A program made the position numbers and the translations under genes. Shown here one piece after another: positions 1 to 12,925 of a stretch of DNA of 64,000 bases (position 1 is its first letter; every line of letters starts with the position of its first letter). Under the pieces are notes generated by a model. It was not told where the DNA came from. It saw only the letters and a list, made by a program, of their open reading frames with translations, and did no database searches. This stretch comes from Octopus sinensis (Eukaryota): NCBI RefSeq assembly GCF_006345805.1, contig NC_043002.1, positions 56,916,001 to 56,980,000 on the forward strand, in the 5' to 3' direction.

Positions 1-1692
1 CTCTTCAGAGTCAGAAAAATTTTTTGAAACCCGAAATATGATAGCATAGAATCACACACACATGGTAGCTATGTATTTCCTCTACAAGACACTAGTTCCT
101 ATCCCTTTGTAATAGTTTAGCATCTCATCATCTAGCACAAAGCCACCTCCCTCAATAACTCTCCCCCTTTTACCTGAAGGATGTTTGTCTTGCAGATTAC
201 TTGGTGACCCCACTGGTGCTGGTGTCAATAGAAAGCACCCAGTGCACTCTGTAAAGTGGCTGGAAGGGCACCCAGCCATAGAAACTATGTCAAAGCAGAG
301 TGGAGCTCAATGCAGTCCTCTGGCTCATCAGATCCTTTTCAGGTTTTGATTCTCTCAACAAAAGCATGAATATCACACACTCTCATTCCACTTCTTTCTT
401 AAGCAAGAAATCAAATAATTCTTTTAAATGTGATTGGATCTGGAGGTTCCGTCTGTTTGAGCAACAGAATTACAGATAGACATGGCTGTGTGGTTAAGAA
501 GATCACTTTCAAAGCATGTGCTTTGGGTTCAGTCCCATGGTATGGCACCTTGAACAAGTGTTTTTTACTACAACCCAAGGCTGACCAAAGCCTTGTGAAT
601 TGATTTGGAAGAAGGAAACGGAAAAAAGCCAATCATTCCTATGCATGTATGTGGGTGAGTGTTTGTGTCTGTCTTAACACTGTCTGCTAATTGTTGCTAA
701 CTAACATCATCATCATACAAGTGATATCATTTGTTTGCAATCTTCCATAAAGACATGTCTGGCCACTGTGTTGTCCATGGTTACAAGAAAAAAAAAACTG
801 GTGGAAAATATTACCTTGCATCAGAAAATCCTGTCTCGACAAATTCTGTCTGATCCATGCAAACATGGAAAAGTATATGTTGAAATGGTGACGGGTGTAA
901 GATGTTGACAATTCTACAGAAATCTGTAGTTTTAATGTAATTATCAGGTGGGCACAGTATGACAGTGTGTGTGTGTGTGTGTGTGTGCAAGACTGGGGAA
1001 AGTGAGGGGGGGATTACAAGTACAGACCAACTGATGGACTGGACTTGCAATCTGGTGAATGTTTTATTTGTTTTTCCCTAAATCAGATGCAACAAATTCT
1101 TGACCAAGCATGAGGCCAGCTGTAGGTAAACACCATTTAAAAGGCTCAAAAGGGCTGAAATGCATCTGGCATTCTTGGTGGCTGCTACTGATTTTCATCT
1201 CCCTCATATTAATTTGCATTTTTTAACATTGCACATCCATAAGAGATGTTATCTCAGAACAAGTACAAGCAGTAACTGACCTATTTACAGTATATATACA
1301 TTAAGTATGATACACAGATGGTTATTTTAATTAAATACTGTTTCAATTGCATGAACCAGATTTTTAATCAGCTAGGCAGGTATTCACAATGTCAGCAGAT
1401 GTTTATTACTTTAAGAGAAACAACAAATTCTTGTCTGAACATGTGGCTGACTGCAAGTATCATACATGGATGGCTACTGTACTTGTTTGCCCACCTAATT
1501 TTATTGACAAAGTCTAAGTTGACCAGGGGATACAGCTGACACTTGCTTGGACGGCATGCAGCAAAATTGAGCCAAGAACCCCTCTGACTGGAAAGTGAAC
1601 TTCTTAAATTACATGACCAATGCTCTCAATCTGTTAAAAGACAGACTGGAGGGGAAAAAGGGAAAAAAAACAACAAGAAAAGAGAAACCTAC

Positions 1693-1914
1693 CTTTAGAT
1701 AGCTTCCTAACTGTGGGTAGACTCTGATGAGTGCAATGAATATTGATAGGGTACATTTGAAAGGAAACATTGTTTTCACAGCATGACTCACTTCTGGGAA
1801 CCGAGCTATAGTATAGCCTTTCTCTTTTAAAGTGGTTTTCAGCTGCTCATTGGGTAAGGCACCATTTTCTGCTAGAATGGCTCCGATGATGTAGCGAGTT
1901 TTATTTGTGGATAC
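1693..1914 (-). CDS. TEX264: TEX264 homologue, second coding exon (74 codons, GyrI-like domain)
   Basis: Acceptor ttttccag| and donor AAG|gtaggt; 222 nt, phase 0-0. Translates to VSTNKTRYIIGAILAENGALPNEQLKTTLKEKGYTIARFPEVSHAVKTMFPFKCTLSIFIALIRVYPQLGSYLK, colinear with recalled human VPPDKCRCAVGSILSE..FPAPSHVVTATFPYTTILSIWLATRRVHPALDTYIK. Confidence 0.92.
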
Positions 1915-2754
1915 CTGGAAAATATCAAAAAAGAATCAATATAAATAGCAGTTGATAAGGTGATTTGATGTGAGTTATAAACAAAACAGAGCCAAATGCA
2001 TTGAGATGGAAGAGAGAAATAGAGAAAGTAAAACTTGTTTGACGGCTCAGCTCATAACTCTTGACTTCAAATCGGATGGAGGCTAATGATGTGTTTTGAA
2101 GCAGTAAGGAAGGAGAAGATGAGAAAACAAGTATTGATAAAATAACTAGCGATAATATAAATGAGTTAATTCAACAAGAGTACACACAACAAGAGTACAT
2201 ATATGTTCCTTTACAACAATAGAGTATATCTCCCTTCAAGTATGTCCAGTCAAACTGATGGGACATTAGAGTCTGCTGAAAAATCTGAGATGAGTTCTTA
2301 GAAAAATTATAATTTTTTCAAATTGATAACCTCATTATTTATAGATGAGCATTTGGCAGCTATTTCTAGGAGGTTAAGTGACTGAGTCAAGACTCCTTTG
2401 TTGGCTTGTGGTACTGCTGGTTGGCTGGTGCAGCTGATTGTTGTTGTTGTTTTGCCTCAAGTTAGACCTGATGGAGTAAATCTATCATTTATCTTGTTTC
2501 AGTCATTGGACTGGGGCCATGCTGGGGCACAGCCTTCAAACAGATCACAGTACTTATTTCTTTTTAAAACCTGATACTTAGTCCATCAGTGTCTTTTACC
2601 AAACTGTTAAGTCAAAGGGATGTAAACAAACCAACACTGGTTGTCAAGCAGCAGTGGGGAACAAAGACATATACACACACAGATGCTCTCTCTCTCTCTC
2701 TCTCTCTCTCTGAGGAAGTGCCACATCCTAACTGTATAAGGAACCTATAGAAGA

Positions 2755-3362
2755 GGTAAACCCAGGAAGACATGGGATGAAGAGGTGAAGCATGACCTTT
2801 GAACACTGGGCAATGGCAGGAGACCAGGACCTCTGGAGATATACTGTGATTGAGAAGACCCGGCAATTAAAGTGAGATCGTAGCCACACACGTCCAGCCA
2901 TGTTAAGAATACTCCTGATGCGTCGGGCGATATGATATGCTTGAGAAGACCCGTTAAGTCAAGTAAATCCAATATCGTAGCTGGAGCCAGTGCCCCCTGA
3001 CTGGCTCCCGTGCCGATGGCACATAAAAAGCACCATCCAAAAGTGTTCATTGCCAGTGGTACATAAAAAGCACCAACTGATCGTGACCGATGTGAGTACC
3101 CCCTGACTGGCTCCTGTGCAAGTGGCACATAAAAAGTATCATCCAAATGTGATTGTTGCCAGGTCTGCTGTACTGGCTCCTGTGCCAGCAGCATATAAAA
3201 AGCATCCACTACACTCTCGGAGTGGTTAGCATTAGGAAGGGCATCCAGCTGTAGAAACTCTGCCAGACCAGATGGAGCCTAGTGCAGCCGCTGGCTCTCC
3301 AGACCTCAGTCAAACTGTCCAACACATGCCAGCATGGAAAATAGACATTAATCAATAATTAT
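2755..3362 (+). mobile_element. RTE LINE 3' end (family A: C-terminus, tandem-unit 3' UTR, GAT tail)
   Basis: CCCAGGAAGACATGGGATGAAG..(GRPRKTWDE-type C-terminus), repeated GTGCC-NNN-GGCAC units and the conserved GGAGTGGTTAGCATTAGGAAGGGCATCCAGCTGTAGAAAC core. Confidence 0.75.
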
Positions 3363-3365
3363 GAT

Positions 3366-3416
<51 letters not shown>

Positions 3417-4623
3417 CAAGCTTTCACACAGTTTCTATCTACCAAATCCATGCACAAGGCTTTGGTCTGCCTGGGGCTATAATAGAAGACATTTACCTAA
3501 GGTGCTGTGCAGTAGGACTGAACCTGAAACCACGTGCTTGCCAAGCAAGCTTCTTAACCACACATCCCTCTTAACTAGAAGTGTTCAAATCACTAATATC
3601 CATCATTTTAGGAATACTATTCTTTTCTAAGATGGTGGGCTGTGATTTGAGAGCAAAATAACAGCTATTTAGTAGGTCACATGATTGTATACAGGTCTCT
3701 TGTTGATCAGGATGTTGTTGTTGTTGTTGTTGATGCAGTTTCAGGTTGATCGTATAACTAATTAAATTGTTCTAGTCTGGCCTTGGGAAATTAGGTGAAT
3801 TAAAAAAAAAATATTCAATAGCCATTAAGTACTGAGGGATCATGGTAAATCGATGGTTGTTATTGTGCTCAACAAAAGGACCAGTGAGTATAGAGAGAGG
3901 TGACAGGTTCAAAGGGATACTGTCAGACCACTTGGCATAAGGAAATCATAACAAAGAAATCTTGAATCTTGATATTATATATAAGAAATTATATAGTAAT
4001 AAGTACGATCCAGGGATCCAAGTGTAGGAAGTTAGTAGGCTTTGAGCATGTGTGCAGTTAGTATAGATGACAAAAGGTGGTTTGTAGCCTGTGCTTTATC
4101 AGTTCCATTCCTTTCATACTAAGATATTAAATAGATACATCATAACTGTTATTTATTTGACATATAAGTCCAGTTAAAGAAAGAGCTAAAAGAGCTACAC
4201 AGAATAAAACACAGGAACAGTAAATGATGATGTAAGGTCCACATGTACAGCACTATACATCTTCCAGGTATCAATACATTATACCTGAAAATCAGAGGCA
4301 TTCTCTACAGTAAAGAGGAAAGAATGGAGAGACACATCAGGAAGCATGGAAGTTTGGAAGGAATGCAGTGTCCTAACAGTTCATAACCAACACAGGTAGT
4401 TTATTCTAAGCTTTGATAATTCTGAGAGTGATAAAAATGTTTCTGAAAGTCCTAGATGTGGTGCTGTTTTTTGATTTTATTAATGTGTCTCTATGTTTGG
4501 TAAAGATAAAGAATTGGAAAAGGTGGCCAAAACTGTTGTTGGGAAGATGGTGGATAATTTTGTGGACTTTTACCAAGTCATTTGCTAAATATTGAAACTT
4601 CAGTGTATCGGTGCCCAAAGAAG

Positions 4624-4937
4624 CAAGACATTTCATCATCATCATCATTGTTTAGCATCCGCTTTCCATGCTGGCATGGGTTGGATGGTGCAACTGGGGT
4701 CTGGGAAGCCAGAAGGCTGCACCAGGCCCAGTCTGATCTGGCAATGTTTCTACAGCTGGATGCTCTTCCTAACGCCAACCACTCCATGAGTGTAGTGGGT
4801 GCTTTTTACATACCACCGGCACAGGTGCCAGACGAGGCTGGCAAATGGCCATGAGCGGATGTTGCTTTTTACGTGCCACCAACACGGAGGCCAGGCAAGG
4901 CTGGCAACGGTCACGACCGGATGGTGCTTTTTACGTC
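4624..4937 (-). mobile_element. Family A 3' end
   Basis: (CAT)n tail then GCATCCGCTTTCCATGCTGGCATGGGTTGG..CTACAGCTGGATGCTCTTCCTAACGCCAACC. Confidence 0.75.
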
Positions 4938-5621
4938 ATGGAAAGTGTTTGTCTGGTTGCATGTCTCTGGACAGCTTCCAGTAGATTGATATTCGGGACA
5001 AGATGAAAGTTCCAGATTGGAGATGCAAAAGGTGTGGACATATGATAGCCATATATAGCTTAGTAGCTGGACTTAATCAGGGACAACCCAAACTTAAACA
5101 ATGCTATAAACATCCATGATACGCATAAACACACACACAGTACGAATATACCTTACAAACACCCAACATAACAAAATAATAAAGATTGCTTATTACTCAG
5201 AAATGAACTGCTAGTACCCAGGGTACACCTGAAATATACTGATCCAATTCCGAACCAACTGAACATTCTGCCTCTGCTCATATCTATATTTCCTCCTCTG
5301 TGCTGGTCCACATAAAACCACTCAGTCCACTCTGTGCAGGGGTTGGTGTTAGAAAGGGCATCCAGCCATAAAGACCCTGCCAAAACAGACAGTGAAGCTT
5401 GGTGTAGTCTTCTGCTTAGCTGGCCCTTATCAAACCATCCAACTTATGCTAACATGGAAAACCGACATTAAATGATGATGATGTAAGGTCTACATGTACA
5501 GCACTATACATTTTGCAGGTATCAATACCTGAAGAATCAGAGGCATTCCCTACATGAAAGCAAGGCAAGCAACAGATATCTAGGAAATATAAATTTCATT
5601 CATTTTATGTCTGTCTTCCAA

Positions 5622-6040
5622 CCTTTTGTTACCATAAATTCTGTTGAAAAATTTTGCTACTGTTTCAACTATTTTGAAAATACTGACGAAATTAGAAAAA
5701 TTACTGTCGTAATTAATTAAGCTGGTGTTTGGAACAAAAATAAAAATAAATAAATTTCATGGAAGAATTTAATTTAGATCACTTTAAAAGAGGAAATTTG
5801 TGTCACAGAACAACGGACATCTCTGGGAAGTTAATATAAGGGTTAACCCTTTCGTTACCAGATTTCTTTTGAAGCACACTGACCTGGTTTCAATTATTTT
5901 GAAAATAACAATGGAATAACTGTCATCATTAAGCTGGTGTTAGTTATCATGAAATTTTAACAAAAAATTCAAATTGGATTACTTTAAACAAAATTTATAG
6001 CAGAACTAGGGGCAGTGTGAATAAGCCAGTATGAATAGGG
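5622..6040. mobile_element. Two tandem piggyBac-type MITEs sharing a central TTAA
   Basis: Junction AGGG|TTAA|CCCTTTCGTTACC at 5843-5846. The second copy ends AATAGGG|TTAA at 6040-6044. The two units are internally similar. Confidence 0.7.
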
Positions 6041-6705
6041 TTAAATAAAAAAAACAAATTTAAAGTGGGGGGTATTTTAGCAGAATGAATAAATTAGTGA
6101 CATTTAGTTGAGAGAAATTCATGTTGTGTGAGTGTTGTGAAGGACATTAAAAGATAACTCTTTTCACCCCAGAGAGGGAGACTAGGTCATGACTCACCTT
6201 ATCAACAGCTTATCTCTATTCTAATGATATTCTTTTGCTCACAAGGCAAACTTTAGAAGAGGAAAGGTAAAGCTGATTGACTCAGCTTTAGTCAGTTGCT
6301 AGTGACATGGTGTACAAAGTAGTGTGGTGGATGCAGTCAAAAGGTTTGAGGGCAGAGATTTCTGTCTCAGATCAAACCCCCATCAACTTCTTGAAGAGTA
6401 ATGGAGAGAGGTGCTACTCTCTATTATATTTTAATAATAAATGAGTCAGAATAGGGGAATTCGTGTGACTAAATTAGTTTACTCAAACTTTGCAGCTCCA
6501 GAATGGCCTGCAAGAGCTGGAGAACTGAGAGATGGTATATATACTTGATGTATTGACAATCTGGAGTTGTTACATGGGTGTATAGGATACTTAGAATCCC
6601 TTTCTATGATTCCTCCCACTCTGCTCATTTTTGGACCCCTTTTATTATTCTGTTGTTATTGTTATTTATTATTGTGATTATTATTATAACTGACCTTCCT
6701 CCTTC

Positions 6706-6990
6706 TATCATCATCATTTAACGTCCATTTTCTATGCTGGCATGGGTTGGACGGTTTGACTGAGATCTGGAGAGCCAGCGACTGCACCAGGCTCCAATCT
6801 GATCTGGCAATGTTTCTACAGCTGGATGCTCTTCGTAACCCCAATCATTCCGAGAATCTAGTGGGTGCTTTTTACATGCCACTGGCACAGGAGCCAGTCA
6901 GGTGGGCCTGGCACTGATCATGTTTGGATGGTGCTTTTTACATCCCACCGGCACAAGAGCCACTCAGCAGGTACTGGCATCGGCCATGCT
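6706..6990 (-). mobile_element. Family A 3' end
   Basis: Same tail and core in minus orientation. Confidence 0.75.
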
Positions 6991-7649
6991 CATCGCCACT
7001 ATGTACTGTCCCCAATGTCTTGAACCTTGTGGTCAATAAAAGAAACAAGAATGATTGTATCTAAAAAAAGATGCTTCTCTTTCATTCATCTTTGGTAAAT
7101 GTAGCCTCAACCAAGAACTTAGGTAATCAGACAGTGTCCAATGAACAATCAGTGTTCTGATCCTCAACCATAACACTCTCCCATTGGTGGCTAAAATCAT
7201 TGCTCATCATCTCCTCTTGGCTTTCATCTTAGCTCCTCTCTCTTGCTCCATAACCAGCAAAAGGCTCTTCCTGCTGTCTTACCCATTTTGCTCACAACTG
7301 CTATCTTTTCTCTCTCTTCCTCTTATTCTGATGGCCATAAGCATTCTCATAAAGACTGTGTGGGGAATCCTTGAAAGCCAATGTTGACAGGAAATTGCTA
7401 TACCGCCCGTCTCTTTTCCCTGCAAAAGGTTCTGGCACTTGGTGCTGTCCCATCTAAAGACTTGACTGCATCCTTCTTCTACAGGACTGTAAGCTTGAAC
7501 ACACATTTTTGAGAGAGAAGTTGATTAGCTTGTTCCTAGTCCTAGAAGTTTCTTTATTTCATCAACATGATGAGGATGATGATGTCAAAGGCACAAAGTC
7601 AATATTGTTGGAGTTGAGTTATGTTTTTCATCCTTGTATTTATATATGA

Positions 7650-8165
7650 TGATGATCATCATCATTGTTTTGTAACGTTTGCTTTCCATGCTAGCATGGG
7701 TTGGATGGTTTGACTGAGGGCTGGCAAGCCAGAAGGCTGCACCAGGCTCCAATCTGATCTGGCAAAGTTTCTACAGCTGGATGCCCTTCCTAATGCCAAC
7801 TACACCGAGAGTGTAGTGGGTGCTTTTAGCATGCCACCAGCATGAGAGCCAGTCAGGTGGCACTGGCAGTGATCATGCTCGAGTGGTGCTTATTACATGC
7901 CACGACAACAACTTCACTTGCGTCAACAGCCTCACTTGGCTTGCTGGTCTTCTCAAGCACAGCATATCTCTAAAGGTCTCGGTCACTTGTCATTGCCTTT
8001 TGGGTGAGGCCCAACGTTCGAAGGTCATGCTTCACCACCTCATCCCAGGTCTTCCTCTTCCACAGGTTTGTTCTACTGATAGGGTGTGGCACTTTTTCAC
8101 ATAGCTGTCCTCAACCATACACAACACATGACCATACTAGTGCAGTCATCTCTCTTGCACATGAA
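7650..8165 (-). mobile_element. Family A RTE 3' end including the coding C-terminus
   Basis: Tail and core at 7650-7910; CACTTGGCTTGCTGGTCTTCTCAAGCACAGC..CCCAGGTCTTCCT at 7930-8060. Confidence 0.75.
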
Positions 8166-8240
8166 ATATGTGTAGATATATATATATATTAGTGTATGCC
8201 TGTGTATATGCATAGTAGTGTGTGTATGTGTATACATATA

Positions 8241-8598
8241 CAGGATGATTCAAAAGTCGCCATACATAGGAACAAGTTCTCTTTTTATAAGAAACAGTTT
8301 ATAAGAAGTTTCTTTTTTATTTAACAGGCTCTATATGGTTACCATTGTTTTGAATACACATTGCAATACGTTTACCCCACTCATTGTGAATTTGTAATAG
8401 CACATCTGGTGATACGTGTGCAAATGCATTGGTGATGCGTTCCTTCAAATGATTTATGTCTTTTATCTTTCTGCGATACACCATGACTTTCAAATGCTTC
8501 CAAAGATAGAAATCAAGAGGGGTCAGATCAGGGGATCTAATAAACTGTTTCTTATAAAAGAATAAATTTGTCCTATGTATGGAGACTTTTGAATCACC

Positions 8599-8601
<3 letters not shown>
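8241..8601 (-). mobile_element. Internally deleted Tc1/mariner element (maT/DD37D-like transposase C-terminus)
   Basis: TA|CAGGATGATTCAAAAGTCGCCATACATAGG ... CCTATGTATGGAGACTTTTGAATCACCCTG|TA terminal inverted repeats (TIRs). Internal frame RSPDLTPLDFYLWKHLKVMVY..HLKERITNAF..WGKRIAMCIQNNGNHIEPVK* carries the SPDLxPxDxxxW motif. Confidence 0.85.
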
Positions 8602-8685
<84 letters not shown>

Positions 8686-11287
8686 TACATCATAATTGCC
8701 ATCATTTTGATGTCCACTTTTCCATGCTTGCACGGGTCAGATAGAATTCCTGAAGCAGATTTTCAAAAGCAGACAGTGGAGCATGATGCAATGCTTTGGC
8801 TCATTGGGTCCTGTTGAAAATATCCAACCCATGCCAGCATGGAAAGCAGATGTTAAATGAGGATGATAAAGATGTTGATCATCATTATATAAAGTCTGCT
8901 TTCCATGTTGGCATGGGTTGGATGATCTGACAGCAGCTGACAGGCCAAGAGTCACACCAAGTTCAGTTATCTGTTTCTACAGCTGGATGCCCTTGCTAAT
9001 GCCAAACACTTTACAGAGTGTACTGGGTGCTTTTTATGTGACACCAGAATCAACAGGGTCACCAAGTACCTTGCATGACAAACCTCACTCAACTGGGAAG
9101 TGGGAGAAGTGGTATTAAGTGGGTGTGTCTTTTTGCCAGTAGAAGGATTTAAGGGGACAGATATATGTAGAGTAGACACATGGATACCCCAGTTGGAAAA
9201 CAAAGGAGAGTGAGCAGGAGGATAAGATAAAGGCAGGGATGTGTTGGGGATGGAGGGAAAGGGCATTGGGTGTGGTGAGAATAGGTGAGGAATGCAGCTG
9301 ATATGTAAGGGTATTGAGGGTGACAGCAGGCAAGTGAGGAGTTAATGAGGGAGAGTAGCAGAGGGAGAGGAGAGAAGGTGCAGAAAGGAGGTGATTGGTG
9401 GAGACAGTAGGCAGAGGCGGGAGTGAATGTAACTGAGATCGATACAGATGCGTGTGCGCATGAATGTAAGGATATCATGTAGTAATGTATTTTGTGTGTT
9501 ATGATCTCTATGTCCTCTGCACCACACCTAAATTTCTGTGTTTCACATTCCTGTTTCGTTTGCAACCACATCACTGTTATCATGACCCAGTTAGAAACTG
9601 CAATAACCTATAAAACTCAGCTAGAATATACAGTGTCTATATAATACGCTTTGTGTTTGTGTGTTTCTAATAAATTTATGTTAAAACCATAACGAACAGA
9701 ATTATCATCTGTAATTAATGACAAATTTAGGAATAATTTAGTTAAAAATGAATTTTTAAAAGATGACTCACCCTAGAAAGCTTAGAAAAGCATTCAGAAC
9801 ATTAAAAAAAATCTAATCCAACAGAAACAAAACAAAACTAAGTAAATGAAATCAAAAACAAACAGTGAAAATCATTTTTTTCTATTAATTGTTTTTTATG
9901 GTTCTTTATACGAAAATAACCAGCTGGTTGTTATAGTGGAAAATTTTCTTTTGAAATTCCTATGAATCCTTCATTGAACTATAAATACAGCAAGTTGTTA
10001 TAGGGAAGATTACAGAAACTAGCACCACCAGAAAATTCAGTTTATTTTTTAAATTTTGCTGTCTCTTTTATACGGTTCTTTACAGGGAAGCGAAAAACTG
10101 GTTGCTAAAGCAAATATTATAACAAGACTAACTTACAAATTAGTTGATGTCTGCCTATAACTTGTTCAGAACATTACAAGGAGGTTAACTTGAACACATC
10201 ATCACCATCATCATCATCATCATTTCATGTATTTGTTTCATGTTGGCATTGGCCAGATGTTTCAACAAGTTCAACGTAAGCACAGGCAAGGTCATAAAAA
10301 ATTTTGCTTCCAAACCACATGGTTCTGGTTTCAGTCCCACTGCACGACACCTTGGGCAAGTGTCTTCTACTATAGCCTCAGGCCGACCAAATCCTTGGGA
10401 GTGGATCTGGTATGATCTTCGAACATTGGGCCTCACAGAAGCATTGATTAGTGACTGAGACCTTTGGCGATATGCTGTGCTCGAGAAGACTTGTCAAGGC
10501 AAGTGAAATTGTAGTCATGGCTGATGCTGGTGTCACGTAACTGGCACTTGTGCTGGTGACACATAAAGAGCACCTTTTGAGCGTTGGGCTTCACAGACGC
10601 AAAGTGGTCGAGTTCCTTTCGAGCATTGGTCAAAACGTCCAACCCATGCCAGCATGGACAACAGACATTAAATGATGATGATGATGTGTCTTTGTGTCTG
10701 TGTTTGTCCCTTACCACAGCTTGACAACCACTGTAGGTGTGTTTATATCCCTGTAAATTAGCAGTTCAGCAAAAGAGATAAGTACTGGGGTGATTTGTTC
10801 AACTAAAATCTATTCAAGGCAGTGCTCCAGTATGGCCACAGTCTAATGACTGAAACAAATAAAAGATGAAAGAAGTTCCTGTTGCACCCCAAGGTCTGCT
10901 CGATGTCCTTCCAAATGCCAGCAACTTTTACAACAATGCACTGGGTCCTTTCTTTTTGGAACACCAGTGCTAGGGAGGTTCACCTGCCAGACTAAGATAC
11001 TCTGACCGAGGGGGACTACAACAGAGAGAGAGAGAGAGAGAGATGATATTGTAGCAGCAGCTAAATAGTTGAATGATTTCCCTTAAAAGAAAGATCATAG
11101 AGTAACCTCCCTTTCCTAAGTTTCTCGAAGCATCTGTGTTATGAGATGTGATACTTAATTATTCAAGAAACTTAGCGTTTCTCTTGGAAGTTTCTAGAAT
11201 AATTAAGAATCACATCTCACGACAGATACTTTGAGAATCTTAGGTAGCTACAATATAATAAATTACAACATATAATATATTTAGATA

Positions 11288-11451
11288 CAACTGCAGCATG
11301 GAAGGTGTTTATAAACCATTTAAAAACATGAACAAATCGCGGTCTCAAAGCGACGAAAATATTTTGACAAATTAAATTTAAATGTTGAAGTGTATCTAAC
11401 AGTTTTTGTGTGTTTTTAAATGGCTTATAAACACCTTCCATGCTGCAATTG
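11288..11451. repeat. Fold-back (MITE-like) element, 41-bp arms
   Basis: 11288-11328 is the reverse complement of 11411-11451 with 2 mismatches; 82-nt spacer. Confidence 0.8.
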
Positions 11452-12551
11452 TTTTTGTTTCAGCATATGATCTCAGATCAGGTCACTTCCTATGCAAGTA
11501 CATCTCCGTAATATATTTAGATAATATATAATAAAAAAAAAATATATTCATAAACAGAGCAAGATGTGTGACAAATGAAAAACACATAATTGTGTGAATC
11601 TAAACATACTTTGGACCAGAATTGTCGGACTAGAAACTGCAAGTCACACCTGGCATATGGACTTTATTTAATATCTCAAATTTATTAACCAGACATGCAC
11701 AAAGAGTTGAATGAAATACAAGTGTGTGAAACCATATTTAATATGTTTGTGTAGACTCAGGGGTGGGAAGACCTTTTGTTGTCTGAGAGGGAAATTCTCC
11801 TCAAAGACCATGATCATTTTAACATCTGCTTTTCCATTCTTGCATGGGTTGGACAGAGTTTCTTTAGCAAGATTTTCTACAACTGGATACTCTGCCTGTC
11901 ACCAACTGTCACCTGTTCCCAACTAAGTTAATATTTTCTCCAAACCAGAAAATGCATTTGCAGAATATTGAAAACGAATGATACTGCTTGTATAACAGTG
12001 ACACTCATTTACGACTACCACAAGAGACACAAACACATGCACATTCATTCACACACACACACACACATATATGGTGAGCTCCTTCCAGTTTCTGTCTACC
12101 AAATCCACTTAAAAGACTTTGGTTAGTCCAGGTCTATAAATAGAAGACACTTGCCCAAGGAGCCACACAGTGAGACTGAACTCAAAACCACATGGCTGGG
12201 AAGCGAACTTATTAATTACACAGCTGCATCATCACAATGTTTGTGAAATACATTACTGTGCTATGGAAATATCAACGGACCACAGGACGTGTTTCTACCT
12301 CATTACACTTCATCAGCTACAGGTACTGAATCAGTCCTGAGAATTTTCTGTCGAGACTATTTCCACAGTAAGTTTTTTCCTACATCTGTGTGTACATGAA
12401 CATGTTAAATATGATTGTACACACCTATGTCTTAAATTTAGATTAGGCTGTTTGAATAACAAACCAAAAACTTACTTCAAATGTTTATTTTCATGTGTGT
12501 GAAGGAAGCAGTGCAGTAATAAGTTTATGAAAAAATAAAAAATTATAAGCA

Positions 12552-12925
12552 CAGGCACGGCTGTGTGATAAGAAGCTTGCTCCCAGCCACATGGTTCTTG
12601 TTTCAATCCCACTGCATGGCACCTTGGGCAAGTCTCTTCTATTATAGCCTCTCAAGCTGACCAAAGCCCTGTGAGTGGTTTTGGCAGATGGAAAAATGAA
12701 AGAAGTCTGTTTGTGTATGTGTGTGTTTGTCCCTCCCCACTGCTTAACAATTGGTGTTAGTGTGTTTATGCCCCTGTAACTTAGCAGTTCAGCAAAAGAG
12801 ATTGATAGAACAAGTACCAGGCTTTAAAAAAAAGTCAAATACTGGTGTTGATTTGCTTGACTAAAACCCTTCAAGGTGGTGCCCCAGCATGACCACAGTC
12901 CAATGACTGAAACCAGAAAAAAGAT
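12552..12925 (+). mobile_element. tRNA-derived SINE (family B), near complete
   Basis: A-box-like GGCTGTGTGATAAG, B-box-like GTTTCAATCCC, central (TG)n and 3' GGTGCCCCAGCATGACCACAGTC..TGAAAC. More than 20 further partial copies in the window. Confidence 0.8.

Noticed and set aside
6198-6250. 53-nt minus-strand pseudo-exon with a strong AAG|GTGAGT donor
   Set aside because: Stops in all three frames, length not divisible by three, and no supporting evidence.
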